Shown: positions 1 to 12,294 of the stretch, one piece after another
Layout of the letters: the number at the start of each line of letters is the position of its first letter
Position numbering within the stretch: position 1 is the stretch's first letter
Assembly (NCBI GenBank): GCA_030295235.1
Contig: AP026138.1
Span: 620,001 to 684,000 of the forward strand
Reading direction: 5' to 3'
DNA from: Fistulifera solaris
Taxonomy: Eukaryota
DNA: 64,000 bases
Program-made: the position numbers and the translations under genes
Notes under the pieces: model-generated
Databases searched by the model: none
Told to the model about the DNA's origin: nothing
The model's input: the letters and a program-made list of their open reading frames with translations, nothing else

Positions 1-1802
1 TTCTGATGAACCATCCTCTGTACCTTCAACAATACCGACAACAGCCTCGCCATCTACATTCCGAGACAACCAAATTGGAGACAGGTCCGACGCGCCAAGT
101 GACCTCCCCTCGCCCGCAGTCGAAGGGTCGAAAGAACTCGAACTTATCGGTAGACCTCCCTTCGGTGACGATCGCTTAGACGAGTGCCAGGGAGACTGTG
201 ACAGCGACCTTGATTGTGGCTTTGGGTTGAACTGCTTCCGGCGATTGTCTGCTGAGCCTGTGCCAGGATGCACAGGGAGTGGTATGGAAGGCGCCAACTA
301 TTGCTACGTACCACCTCCAGGTCGCTTGGTTGTAACAGGTACGGGGCCCGATCTTTCGCTGGAAAAGTGCGAGGGTCACTGCGAGGACGATTCGGATTGT
401 ACTGGTAAACTGAAATGCTTCAAGCGCCTGTATCTTCAAGAAGTTCCTGGATGTGATGGTCTTGGTGCCGTTGGTATGAACTATTGTTATGATCCGGAAC
501 ACGTCAATGAGGTCGAACCGCCATCGCTTAGTCCAGCAGCTTCGCTCTCGTATTTTCCAAGTGATGTTCCAACGAGTGTGATTGCCTCAGATATCCCCTC
601 TAGAGCCACGGAGTCTGATATCCCCTCGAGCTTGTTTACTTCCGATCTTCAATCGCGCGTTCCCTCCGATGTTCCTTCCACCATAACCACTTCCGATGTT
701 CCATCACAACTGCCTTCTGATGAACCATCCTCCGTACCTTCAACAATACCGACAACAGCCTCGCCATCTACATTCCGAGACAACCAATTTGAAGACAGGT
801 CCGACGCGCCAAGTGACCTCCCCCTCGCCCGCAGTCGAAGGGTCGAAAGAACTCGAGCTTATCGGTAGACCTCCCTTCGGTGACGATCGCTTAGACGAGT
901 GCCAGGGAGACTGTGACAGCGACCTTGATTGTGGCTTTGGGTTGAACTGCTTCCGGCGATTGTCTGCTGAGCCTGTGCCAGGATGCACAGGGAGTGGTAT
1001 GGAAGGCGCCAACTATTGCTACGTACCACCTCCAGGTCGCTTGGTTGTGACAGGTACGGGGCCCGATCTTTCGCTGGAAAAGTGCGAGGGTCACTGCGAG
1101 GCCGATTCGGATTGTGCAGGTGAATTGAAATGCTTCAAGCGACTTTATCTTCAAGAAGTTCCAGGATGTGACGGTCTTGGTGCCGTTGGTATGAACTATT
1201 GTTATGATCCGGAACACGTCAATGAAGTCGAACCGCCATCGCTTAGTCCAGCAGCTTCGCTCTCGTATTTTCCAAGTGATGTTCCCACGAGTGTAATTGT
1301 CTCAGATGATCCTTCCACCGCATTGGCTTCTGATGATCCATCATCCGTACCTTCAGGGTTTCCCTCTGCTTTTGGCAATCAGAACGAAGACAAGTCTGAC
1401 GCGCCTAGTGACTTCCCCCCTCACGCGAGGTCGAAGGGTCGAAAGAACTCGAGTTTATCGGTAGACCTCCCTTCGGCGATGACCGCTTAGACGAGTGCCA
1501 GGGAGACTGTGACAGCGACCTTGATTGTGGCTTTGGGTTGAACTGCTTCCGGCGATTGTCTGCTGAGCCTGTGCCAGGATGCACCGGGAGTGGAATGGAA
1601 GGCGTCAACTATTGCTACGTTCCACCTCCAGGTCGCTTGGTTGTAACAGGTACGGGGCCCGATCTTTCGCTGGAAAAGTGCGAAGGACACTGCGAGGCCG
1701 ATTCGGATTGTGCTGGTAAACTGAAATGCTTCAAACGCCTGTATCTTCAAGAAGTTCCCGGATGTGATGGTCTAGGTGCCATCGGCATCAACTATTGCTA
1801 CG
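1..1802 (+). repeat. Intragenic tandem duplication of the two-ACR module (3 copies visible)
   Basis: gagtgccagggagactgtgac recurs at 182, 897 and 1493 (spacing 715 and 596 nt); the copies are nearly identical at DNA level. Confidence 0.95.
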
Positions 1803-2754
1803 ATGCAATTGAAGCAACTGACAGTGATATGCCTTTTGCATTCCCCTCATCCGCCCCATCTTTGGTTGGAGTAGTGTCTATGAATCCAGTTACAAGTGGA
1901 ACTGTTCACCCGACAGGACTTTCATTGGCTTGTAATATGGACATCAATCAACGAAGAGTCGGAATCACACAAGTGATTCAAACGGTGTCCTCTGCGGAAA
2001 GTTTGGCCAACCCGATGACAACCCAGCACAAAGCATTGAACTGGGTAGTTAATGATGACGGATTCCGTGTCTGTCCTGGGGACCAAAACGTTTTACAGCG
2101 CTACATTCTTGCCCTCCTGTACTTCCAAACTTCCGGCGATTTCTGGGAGAGATGCTCTGCGAATCAGACAGGTCACCAGGCTTGTGAAGGTGAACCTTTT
2201 TAAGTGCTTCACATGAATGCTTCTGGGGCGGTATTCGATGTGAGTCAAACGTAACTGTTACAGCGCTTCACCTTGATGACAATAAACTATTTGGGCCTTT
2301 ACCGTCGGAAATCGGCGCACTAGAAGATCTTGCTGAGTTGGATATGGATAATAACGCGTTGGTCGGAAAGCTCCCTGCATCACTCGGAAATCTCACGAAG
2401 CTGGAAGTTTTGGACTTGGATGAAAATTTACTCACAGGAGCTATACCAGTTGAGCTCTTCAACGCGACTTCCTTGAGAGTTTTGGATCTTGATTCCAATC
2501 AATTTACAGGTAGTCTTCCCACCCAAGTGTCCCGCCTACACAATCTATATTTTATACAGCTTGACTTTAATCTTATGACTGGAGGGATTCCTTCGGAGCT
2601 GGGTTCTCTGACAGACTTGCGCTTCTTATCGGCCATTCAAGCCGGTTTTTCTGACGCTATCCCATCTAGCCTTTGTGGCAGCGATATCGACATCATTGCC
2701 GATTGTCAGATCTGTACTATCGAGGGATGCTGTTCATCTTGTTTCGACAACTGA
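1..2754 (+). CDS. Frustulin-type ACR-repeat / leucine-rich-repeat protein (5' end outside window; several 1-nt frameshifts)
   Basis: Three pairs of Cys-rich modules (ECQGDCDSDLDC..CFRR..VPGC.G..NYC and KCEGHCE.DSDC..CFKR..VPGC.G..NYC) separated by PSDxPS-rich linkers. These are followed by a diatom-type LRR N-cap (QRYILALLYFQTSG..W..HECFWGGIRC), LxxLxLxxNxLxGxIP repeats and a CxxCxxxxCCxxC end; stop at 2752-2754. Confidence 0.85.
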
Positions 2755-2820
2755 TCTGCATTAAAATACATTTTAAGTAACAATAAACCAAGTCTGTTTG
2801 GCTACGACATAAGAAAGTTT

Positions 2821-5135
2821 TTACTCAAACCAGCGATGCTCGAGCGTCTTCTTGCCCACTCTTTCTGCGTCCTCTTGAGGCGTTATCACTGGGATGGTAC
2901 TTCTGTACTTCTCAACAATTTCTGTGAAATGCTCCTCGTCCTTATTTACTTTTCTTCGTTTGACTGGCTTCACGCCTTTAGTTTTGTGCTTTGAATTTTG
3001 AACCTTGTCATTCTCTTGATGTTTATCATCATTGTGGCTAACCTTACGATCTTCGTTTTTATTAGATTGCGGGGCCGCATCAAGAAATGAAACATCTTCT
3101 TCTCTTTGCTTGCGCTTCTTTTCGCGCTGTCTTGCTCCACGGCTGACCTTCTTTTCCTTTTTATCCGCTTTACCATCCGGAATTTTCTTTTGCTTTAGCT
3201 TGTTGACAAGTTGAGCAGTTCGGTGTTCTGCTTGATGTTTAGCTTTAACCTTGTTCTCGACAGCAAACTCTATAATGAGGCGGGGTATTTTTGACGCCTC
3301 ATCGTCCGTTTCCCCCTTTTCGTTTCCTCGATTTCCTTAGCAAAGATGCTTGTTTGCCACCAGCAACATACTCGGCAGAATATTGAGTATTGTTATTCAG
3401 CTCTCGTAAACATGCCAGCGCATGAATGTGATGCTGAAACTCAACAAAACCAAATCCCCTACTCGGTGGTTTTGGGTCGGTTTTGTCCTTGGAAACCATA
3501 AAATCGCGATTAATAAAAACAGAAGGGATGAATTTCTTGATATTCTTCGGATCAAACGGAATTAAAATGCTTTCCTTCGGCTGTTCCAGTAAGCTCATGA
3601 TGTCCCGGGCTGTTTTATCACCAGTAGCCTTCCAGTGCGCAACGGCGTCTTCAACGGTTACTTTTCTCATGCCTTTCAGAGTAGCTTGGGCAACCAGCGC
3701 TTTCAGAGCGGCTTCATCTACATGCTTCGCTAAATTGCGAATACTCAATCGAGTTGGATTGATAAAAAGAGCGGGCTACGCAATTTTGACTGCTTCTCTG
3801 TCCATGCAGCTTGTCGCTTCAGTTGATCTGTTTCAGGTAGATGCTCCCAGTCGTCTTCGACACGACCTACAGTTTGCAAATAAAGATGACGTCGATCCGC
3901 CCGTAAAGACTGATGATGATCGAATGTATGCGCGCTATCTTTGTCCACTGCCAGATTCACCCGAAGAGGACGACCTTTCAAAGTCAAGCCACCGGCTCCC
4001 GCCTCAGAACTTTTCAAAGCTACAAACGACGAATCCATACCTGCTCCTTCTAGCGCACGTTGTGCACCAGCCGCAGTTTCAAACACAACGAACGCTGTTC
4101 CCTTGAACACACCTTTTTCTTTGACCAGATAGATGCTTGATATACGGCCGAATTGTCGAAAGCACTCGAACAGATCATGTCGAGTAGCATCGAAAGGAAG
4201 ATTTCGCACAAACAACGATCGCTTCTCGGATATCTCTTTCTTTCGTTTCTCCTTTTCGATCTCTTCGTTCATTGTGGTGGAAGCAACACTTTTTTCTTCA
4301 TCCTCATCGACGTCCTTTTCGCTTGCGTCGCTTTCCTCGTCATGTGAAGAATCGCCGTCTTCGTCGGAATTACTAGCTTCCTCTTCGTCAGAGTCACTGG
4401 CCTCTTCATCATTCTCCTCTTTGTCGTCACCATCTTTGTTTTCTTCAAGCTGATTCAATGTTTCTTTTTTGTCTTCACTCTTCTCTTTTGCGGTACCCTT
4501 CTTCATGTTTTGCGATTTATTTTCCTCATAGGTTTGTTTCGACAAACTCCAAGCAACTTGAACTGCTCGTTTCGCCACTTCGATCGACTGGGCTGCTACA
4601 CATTTGGCCGCATCCGCTTTCTTATCAAAGGTAACAAAACCGAATCCACGATGTTGCTTTTGCACCATGGGCAAATGGATGTCATGAATGGTCCCAAATT
4701 GCGACAAGGCCGATCGAATATGCGATTCTTTCGCATAAAACGATAAGTTTCGCAAAATGACTCGACAATGCTTCTTTTTGTAATCGTTAACCTCTGCTTC
4801 CGCATTCGCGGCAGGATGATTCGTCTTTTTCGTTCGTGACGATCGTCCGACGCCAGTGCCACACGAATTCGCACCGCGGTCGACCCCACCATGATCGTGT
4901 GATCGTTCAATGTCTTGGCCGCTTGTTCGGCATCTTGTTGTTTTGTGTACTTCACAAAGGCGTAGGAGGATGATTTGTCTTCATTGTGAATGACGGCGGA
5001 TTTTTTGATGGGACCAATTTGCGAAAAGGCATCTTCCAAATGGTGTCGTCGAATTTCCGATGTCGCCGGAACGAAGCGGACAAATACCGTTGCTTCGGTG
5101 GACTTTTTCTGTTGTTTGGGAGTTGTCGATTGCAT
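2821..5135 (-). CDS. RBM28: RBM28/Nop4-like multi-RRM nucleolar protein (frameshifted in assembly)
   Basis: Four RRMs across ORFs 4596-5135, 3745-4755 and 3299-3748 (RNLSF..RGFGFVTF; LFVRNLPF..KGTAFV; SIRNL..SRGFGFVEFQHHIHALACLRELNNN), an acidic linker, and a C-terminus ending HRWFE*. Confidence 0.9.
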
Positions 5136-5442
5136 TTGAGACTATGGGAAACACACTCTCTCGCTTCCCTTTCTAATTGAATCTGTGGAAAAGATTTTGT
5201 TTGTTGGTTGGTGGCATTTGTTGCTGTCGGACGGCTTACAGACGCTGAAGCAAGTCCTTCGCCCAACTCGTGACTCGATGATATTCATTCAACGGTGTCG
5301 CGCGCAGCGCGCTAGGAACGGCATTTACCGTTTACCACACATTACTAAAACGATACTCGCGACGAGCAGCGCCGTTTGCTGATCATCGTTGTGTTGTTCA
5401 TCTTGCTGTAGTCTATACATCAGTTTGCAATTAATTATTATC

Positions 5443-5947
5443 ATGGTATGTTTTTTCTAAGATAACTTCATCTGTTCGCTGCTATAGCGATGCGCGAGGA
5501 GAACAGAGTGGACGATATTCGTACTGATTTGAGAGGCAACAGCTTTTCGCGACGCGCTCCGCGCAATTTGCTTTTTTTGTGGAGATGGTTTTGGCAAATA
5601 CATGGGGTTCCTTTGTTCTCAGTGAGGATCACTTGCGCTTAGACTTTGTGGAAACGTGACTTTTTAAAGCTATGACGGAGAATGCTTTTTCTCGAGCAAA
5701 AGAGAAGTGATTCGTCGCTGTTAGTTTTCCCTTGCAATCCACGAATTTCTTATTGCACTTTCTCACTCTCCCTGATTCTCTCTCTATTTTTTAGCCGGCA
5801 CAAAAAAGTTTCCGCACCAAGCGCACACTTGCCAAAGCGCAACGACAGAACCGTCCTTTGCCACAATGGATTCGCATGCGAACGGATAACACAATCAAAT
5901 GGAACGCCAAGCGTCGTCACTGGCGCCGTACCAAGTTGGGTCTATAA
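5443..5947 (+). CDS. RPL39: 60S ribosomal protein L39 (exon 1 = ATG only, 5443-5445; intron 5446-5794; exon 2 5795-5947)
   Basis: Spliced translation [51 protein letters not shown] (51 aa); gtatgt donor and ttttag acceptor. Missed by the ORF track. Confidence 0.95.
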
Positions 5948-6031
5948 ATAGCTGAATGATTGTTTCGAAAAGAATAATTATAGAAGAGTTGAATGGACCC
6001 TACCGAACTGATGGACTGACTTGAAAAACTA

Positions 6032-6970
6032 TTACTGAAATTTCGTTTTCCACGACATGGGGTCGTACACATCCAGTCCATGTTTCCATATAGAGACTCT
6101 CTTGGGCCCCACATAGCGAGAGATGATTGCTTGTGTTACTGTAGGAAACCATTGATACAGATACATTGCACTCAATGTCGGTTGCGTCGCGATCCATACT
6201 TCGTTGTAGCCCTGTCGGGGTCGTTTGCGTCGAATTGCAGCCGTCACAATTTGAGCGCATCGTGGTACCGACATTTTCATCGATTGCGTTGTTGTTCTAG
6301 AACGAGGATGAAAGGGCGTGTCCACTGTCCCCGGGCAAAGGACATCCACGCGCAGTTGTGGTTGCTCGGCCGCCAGTGATTTCAGAAAGCCATGCAACCC
6401 GTGTTTCGAAGCCGCGTACGCCGATGACAATGGTACCGGAAGATGACCCGCCACCGACGATGTAACGATGAAATGTCGTATATCTGGTCGTTCCTGACGA
6501 AGTTGCTGAATCAATCGCATCGGTCCGAGTGTATTGGTTTCAAATAGCTGTCTTACATAGGACGGGTTCATACATTCCACCGTCGATAACTGCCCTCCCA
6601 CACCGGCATTGATCCATACGGCATCGACACGTGCCGGCAACTGGCGTACAACGCGTCGTATTTGTCGTGGTAAAGTGATATCGAAGGGAAGGAGGATCGG
6701 CATGTTCTCGCTACGCGTCTTGTGAGAACACTCCAGTGCGACTTGTTGCAACTTTCGTTTCGACCGAGACGACAAAATCAGTTGAGAGGCTGGCTGCAAG
6801 AGAGCCACTTCTTTACCGATACCGGAACTTGCACCGATAACCCAGAGCGTCTTGTTGTTGGTTGGTGTAGCAAATTGTCGATTCCATTTCTCATAAAAAT
6901 ACAAGGAAGGTGAGCAGTCCAGGATCGAAGTAGTCCATCCTGCCGCAATAACCCACAGCCACGGAAACAT
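6032..6970 (-). CDS. Short-chain dehydrogenase/reductase (DHRS7-like)
   Basis: GASSGIG cofactor motif, NAG, SS..G, catalytic YAASK, CPGTVDT; hydrophobic N-terminus. Confidence 0.9.
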   Translation of the reverse strand: MFPWLWVIAAGWTTSILDCSPSLYFYEKWNRQFATPTNNKTLWVIGASSGIGKEVALLQPASQLILSSRSKRKLQQVALECSHKTRSENMPILLPFDITLPRQIRRVVRQLPARVDAVWINAGVGGQLSTVECMNPSYVRQLFETNTLGPMRLIQQLRQERPDIRHFIVTSSVAGHLPVPLSSAYAASKHGLHGFLKSLAAEQPQLRVDVLCPGTVDTPFHPRSRTTTQSMKMSVPRCAQIVTAAIRRKRPRQGYNEVWIATQPTLSAMYLYQWFPTVTQAIISRYVGPKRVSIWKHGLDVYDPMSWKTKFQ

Positions 6971-7375
6971 ACAGTCGGAGCTATCTCAGCGTTGGTATAC
7001 AGTAAATCAGCTTTATTGTGGGATTGGAAGACTTGATTGTTCATCAAAGATACTTCGACAGAAACAATCAGAAAAAATGGATCCGACGACTTTTTTCATC
7101 ATGTTGTCCTTTGTCGATTATTCCACCTGCGCGCGACGTACCGGTGCACTTTTCTGTGAAGCGGTACCAGATCCATTAAGTACAGACCTTCATTCGGTCA
7201 CGAGTAGCGAGTCAAGGTTCTTTTTTTTTAGAAAATTATTTTTTTATAAAAAAAAGTTGCTACTCTCTAGATTGCTTCTTTGATGCGTCGCTGATCAAAA
7301 AATAGAATCACTGTTTATACATTATAGATTATTCAATTACTGCTCTCTTGAAAACTTGAAATTAGATTTACACTC

Positions 7376-10119
7376 TCAATCGCTGTCATCGCCACCAGAT
7401 TCTTCATGTCGGGTAATACCTATGTTCTTCGGTCTAGTTGATATTTTTTCCTCTTCACTACTAGCTGCTTCCGGTGGCGCTTCCGCAGATGCAAATGGAC
7501 GCGGGCCGATCAATGAAAGCGCGACAGGGAGAAGGATAAGTCCATGGATTACACCAAGACCCACCGTGATCGCAAACTGCTTCGACAAGATCTCAAACAC
7601 ATACGACGAGGAGAACAGTAGCACTGCAACCGCTAAAAGGTCGACAAGGCACCGCTCATGACCGCCGCTCCAATATCCGCAAGTGCTTCGACCACTCGAT
7701 TATTCTTGTCACTACCACCCTTGACCATGAAGCAATGCCCAACGTGCGCACTGTAGTCGACGGAAAGACCCACGGCCAAAACAATGTTGATCACGCTGAC
7801 CGAGTCAATCACAATGCCCAATGCGTACATAAAACCCAAAATTTCGATGATACAGAATGCAACATTGATTGTGATGAGAAGCGAGGTAATCACGTTAGCC
7901 ACTGTCAACGTCACAATGAATCCCACCGCCAAGATAGCAAGCCCGACATTCAAGAAAAGCTCCCGTTGAATAATTTTGAATCCTTCGATCGTAATGAACT
8001 GATCCGAATACGGATAAGCACTGGGGAGATCGTCCCAACTAGCCACCAGTTCCCGGGTGGCATCCATTGCCTCAATTTGCCGATCGGCATCTTGCATCAC
8101 CTTACCACGGCTCACCTTGGTCAATTGAACATATTGAGACTTGACTCGAATCGCTTCAAGGGATGTTCCATCTTCCGTTAGAGCAATGTCTTGAGCATAC
8201 ATGGCTCCAGGTCCATCGAATGCCGCGTACTCTTTCAAAACGGCGAGAAAGTCCGCTTGTGTCAAAGGCCATCCGTCGTCCCCTAGAGTCACATTGCCAA
8301 TGGCACCGGAACCAAACTCAGTGAGGTAGTCGGAAAGTCCAGACACGACATTACGATACGCTTCCTCCGATACGGGTTCGGCAATATAAGGCGGCATTTC
8401 CGATAGCCCAGAAAGTCTAGATTCAAGGTCCGCCAACTCCGTTCGCGACGCATAGATATCAGAACCCCTTTCGAAAACAAAATACAAATCAATTCCTTTC
8501 GAAGGAAAGAATTCGTCAGAAGCAGCAAAGTAATCTTGTAAGTAGCTGCCTTCCGGGATAAAGCTCCGAGTAGAATCTTCCACTGAAAGATTCATAGCAC
8601 CGTAAACACCAAACGCGATCAGACCAGAGAAGAATAGCAAAACAATTACTTTGCCGGCTCTCGATAGAATAGCTGGTGCATGATAGTTGCGGAAATATCT
8701 GGATACTAAATCTTCCTCGAAGACATCGCCTTCATCGTCTTCCATTGGGTTTTTTCTTGTGCAGCACACGAGACATTCACGACGATTATCTCTTTGACGT
8801 CGTTCGTCCAAAACCAAACAAGCCGTAAAAAATGTAGCAGAGAAGAACCACAAGAAGAAGATCGCGACCGCAGCGTACGCGCAAAAGCTGGAGAGTGCCG
8901 GCAGTGCGGACGCCGAGGAAATAGCAAACGCCACGAGGTCCGTTGCCGAAGTGACTGTAATCGATGTACCCGCACGAGCCAGCGAACGTGCACTGCGAGT
9001 GGCCAAGTCTTCATTTGATTCCGCGGAACGGGCAACTTTTCGTTCTCGATTGAAAGCATTGACAATAACAAAGGCATCATCGACACCAATGCCGAGAAGA
9101 ATGAACGGCAACAAGTTGTGCACCGGCCCAAAGAAGAGACCGAATCCAGAAGAAGCGCCAAAGCCTGCACCCGTCGACAGTCCCACCGTTATAAGTGCCG
9201 CCAAGGCCATGGTCCATCGAGATCCAGGGCCGCATTTGATTTTGCCCATATTCGCCCCGAGGAAAAGAAAAGCAACAATATACGAAACTTGGACTAAGCT
9301 GAGATCACTGGTAATTTCATCGCCGAATTCATCACTGAAGCTACGAGCAGCAAAATAGTCCACAGCCAGCGTCTCGTAGTCTTCTTCAACAGAGGACATG
9401 GCTTTTAAGAAAACTTGTCCTTCCCAGCCTTCGTTGATGGGATCTTGCTCTGTACCGTCCACAACCTCCATACGTTCTTCTAGGAAGTACGACAGCACCA
9501 TCGCCTCAGCGGATACTAACACATTGCTGTCATCAAATACAGCTCCTCCCAAAACTGCTTCCAGATCTTCACGACTACCGTATGCATTTAGCGTGTCGAG
9601 AATATTTTCATCCACCTGCAAGATTTCCAGATCGTAATTCCACTGTTTCAAAATACTGGTGATCAAGCACTGACACACCCCTTCCGTACTGCTGACACAG
9701 GCCCCTCCCGCTTTTGTACACAAATCGACCAGAGTATATTCTGCTCCATCGATTGTTGCTACAGAAGTTGCAATCTCTTTATGCAACTGCATGGCTTCGA
9801 CAAGACTTTCCTTCGTCAACACATTGCCTCCGTCTTGATTCGTCTGAACGATCGCCGTGTTGAAGCGCGACGACGTGGAAAAATACGATTCGTACATTTC
9901 CGTTTCGGCTTGCGCGGTCGTACCCTGCGGAACCCAAAGTTTTGCTTCTCGGTTTTCGGTTTCCCATCGCAGAAAACCGATCCCACAAATCGCCATTAAT
10001 AGAAACGAAAGGACGATGGTTTTCTTCGGGTTCTTGCCGACGTAAAGACCCAACTTGGAAAAGAAACTGCCGATTGCTCCATCGACTTTACTTTCAAAAG
10101 CATCCGTACAAGTCGTCAT
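7376..10119 (-). CDS. Patched/NPC1-family sterol-sensing-domain membrane protein (frameshift near 7630)
   Basis: LPFILLGIGVDDAF, SITVTSATD and AVGLSVDYSAHV motifs; RND-like multi-TM layout; C-terminal HGLILLPV.LSLIGP. Confidence 0.92.
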
Positions 10120-10837
10120 GATGCCTGTTGTATTGGTAGAAAGACAATCTAATCGAATTTGTGAGAATCAAAACGAATGATTGAGAAGCGTCGCAACAAT
10201 GTTCACGAAACGGGTTTTCTACGAGATCTGATGATACACGTAGGATGGGGGAAAATGACGTGTTTCACCTTTATGTTTCCTGAGAATTCCTGTGACGTCC
10301 TTTTGTACTCTAAAGTGAGCGAATGACATCATCAATGTCTTGACACTCATTTATACTGTATGTTACTATTTTAACGACTCAAGCGTTTTTCAGTCCCGTC
10401 TAGTGTTAACTATTAGAGCTTCGTGCGCGTACTCACTTTTTTACGACACTCCGTAGAAATGGACAAGAAGGAGAAAACATCTACGATAACTGGAGATAGC
10501 AATAGTAATATAAACATTTTCGTGACTTATTCGCATATTACATCAATTGTCGTTGCTGCTATAGATGGCGCACGGCGCACCACTCCGAACATCAACGAAT
10601 TACTCTCGAAAAAAGACGTTGCAACATATTCGTGCAATCACTCATTGGTTTCGTATAGTCGTGTAGCTATCTATGAGCTGTACCTAACCATCTGGTTTGT
10701 AGTTGCGAAAGACACTCTAGAGGTTGTCATTCACAGAGCGAACAAAAAGGCATTCATACAAAGTATACCTGTTAGATACATCCACTTCAAATACGTCTTA
10801 GAGCACGTCTTAGAGCATTGAACATGATGAATGTCAA

Positions 10838-11523
10838 TCAGTAACCAACGGTGACAGCCACGCAAACAACAATCATATCCATATTCTTATCGCCCATCGA
10901 CTCAATGGCTTTCCCACTGTTCGCAATCATTCCGCCGTCTTGAATTTGGACGCGTGTTTGACCATAGGGAAAGGCTGCTTTCACCGCGGAAAGATCCATA
11001 TCCGCCTGGTACTTGGAAGGGACGGCGACTAGCACATCCAGTTTCATGGCATCTCGACCTCCCGGTATGATATCTCCAATACTTGGAATCTGATTGAATT
11101 CAATGGCGTTTCGACACGCTCTCACTGGGATAAGCAGTGAATCATCGTCGTGAGCGCGGAGAATTATTTTGAGCGAAAAAGACAACCGTCTTCAAAGCAA
11201 GGTACGCTCTCCGTACTTACCCGCTGCTTTCGTGGAATTTTGCCCATGGGCGTCGGCGCCGAAACCTGGCATCAGTAAATCATATAAGGATGAGAGGTTT
11301 GAATAAGGCAGATTTTTCTGTTATTTGTCTCTACTGACGAGAACGCACCGCATTCTACGAAGAGAATCGTTTCAACATGAGGATCTTCCGATAAAAATAG
11401 TCTCATTGTTGACGGCCGGACGGTATTGGATCGCAGCATTGAAAATGAGGGTCGTAAAACGAATCCCTCAACGGATGTTGCAGCAGCAAAAAGAGCCGCC
11501 AGAGAGAGTATGCAAGAATTCAT
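10838..11523 (-). CDS. Lin0512-family protein, copy 1, with bipartite (plastid-type) presequence; 2 introns
   Basis: ILFVECG|FGADAHGQNSTKAA|VRACRNAIEFNQIP...QDGGMIANSG...IVVCVAVTVGY. N-terminus MNSCILSLAALFAAATSVEG-FVLRPS is a signal peptide followed by F and an R/S-rich transit region. Confidence 0.8.
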
Positions 11524-11639
11524 GGAAAGTAGAGAAATTGTTGCTTTTCTATTGGTGATGTGTGAAATAGGGTCTATAATGTTGCCTGTGCAAGTTATAC
11601 GGAGTAATACGTTCTTGAGTCTGCGGTGAAAAAATACAC

Positions 11640-11965
11640 CGTTTCCAGAATTTTTTCTTTTCTGGACCACCCCAGAAATGAATTTCTGTATCATTGAAAT
11701 ACAAGTGGTCCAGAATTTCTGGACATAACCAGATTTTCTGTATGAATGAAATGCAACTGGTCCAGAATTTCTGGACCTACCCAGATTTTCTGTATGAATG
11801 AAATACAACTGGTCCAGAATTTCTGGACCACCCCAGATTTTCTGTATGAATGAAATACAACTGGTCCAGAATTTCTGGACCACCCCAGATTTTCTGTATC
11901 AATGAAATACAACTGGTCCAGAATTTCTGGACCACCCCAGATTTTCTGCATGAATGGAATACAAC
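11640..11965. repeat. 52-bp tandem array with palindromic core GGTCCAGAA-T-TTCTGGACC (5 full units plus a degenerate left edge)
   Basis: The core starts at 11707, 11759, 11811, 11863 and 11915. Confidence 0.97.
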
Positions 11966-12294
11966 TCATTATAGTAACTTATACCCCGAGTGCTCACCTA
12001 AAAAGTCACGGTTTTACTTAACCCTTCTAAATGATGTTTGACAGACGAGGACGCATATAGTAAAAGTTTCATTGCTCAAGAAAAGCTGCGTTGCTATTAC
12101 AAAACTTCGTTCGAGGAGAACCGGAGACGTTACCTCAAGCTTGCTTATTTGTTACGACATCCTTGTTTACCAACAAAGCCAACAACGCTGGTCCAGCACG
12201 TCGCAAGTCCTCGTTGTTTAAAAAACAACAATATATGTCGCAGTCGGATCAGTGCATCGCAATCATTATTATTTGTAGCAGTTTCAGACTGGCA

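Noticed and set aside
5446..5794. U3 or RNase MRP identity for the RPL39 intron RNA
   Set aside because: No U3 box A/A' and no GAAAGTCCCC-type P4 strand; kept only as an unclassified candidate.
10423..10821. 132-aa plus-strand ORF
   Set aside because: Non-ATG start, AT-rich intergenic composition and no motif.
11640..11969. CRISPR array or repetitive protein ORFs (QKFWT.., PEILD..)
   Set aside because: Spacers are near-identical. The ORFs here and at 56.1-57.0 kb are translations of the satellite in several frames.
12015..12030. TTAACCCTT as a piggyBac end or telomere seed
   Set aside because: No matching opposite end nearby and no TTAGGG tandem run.
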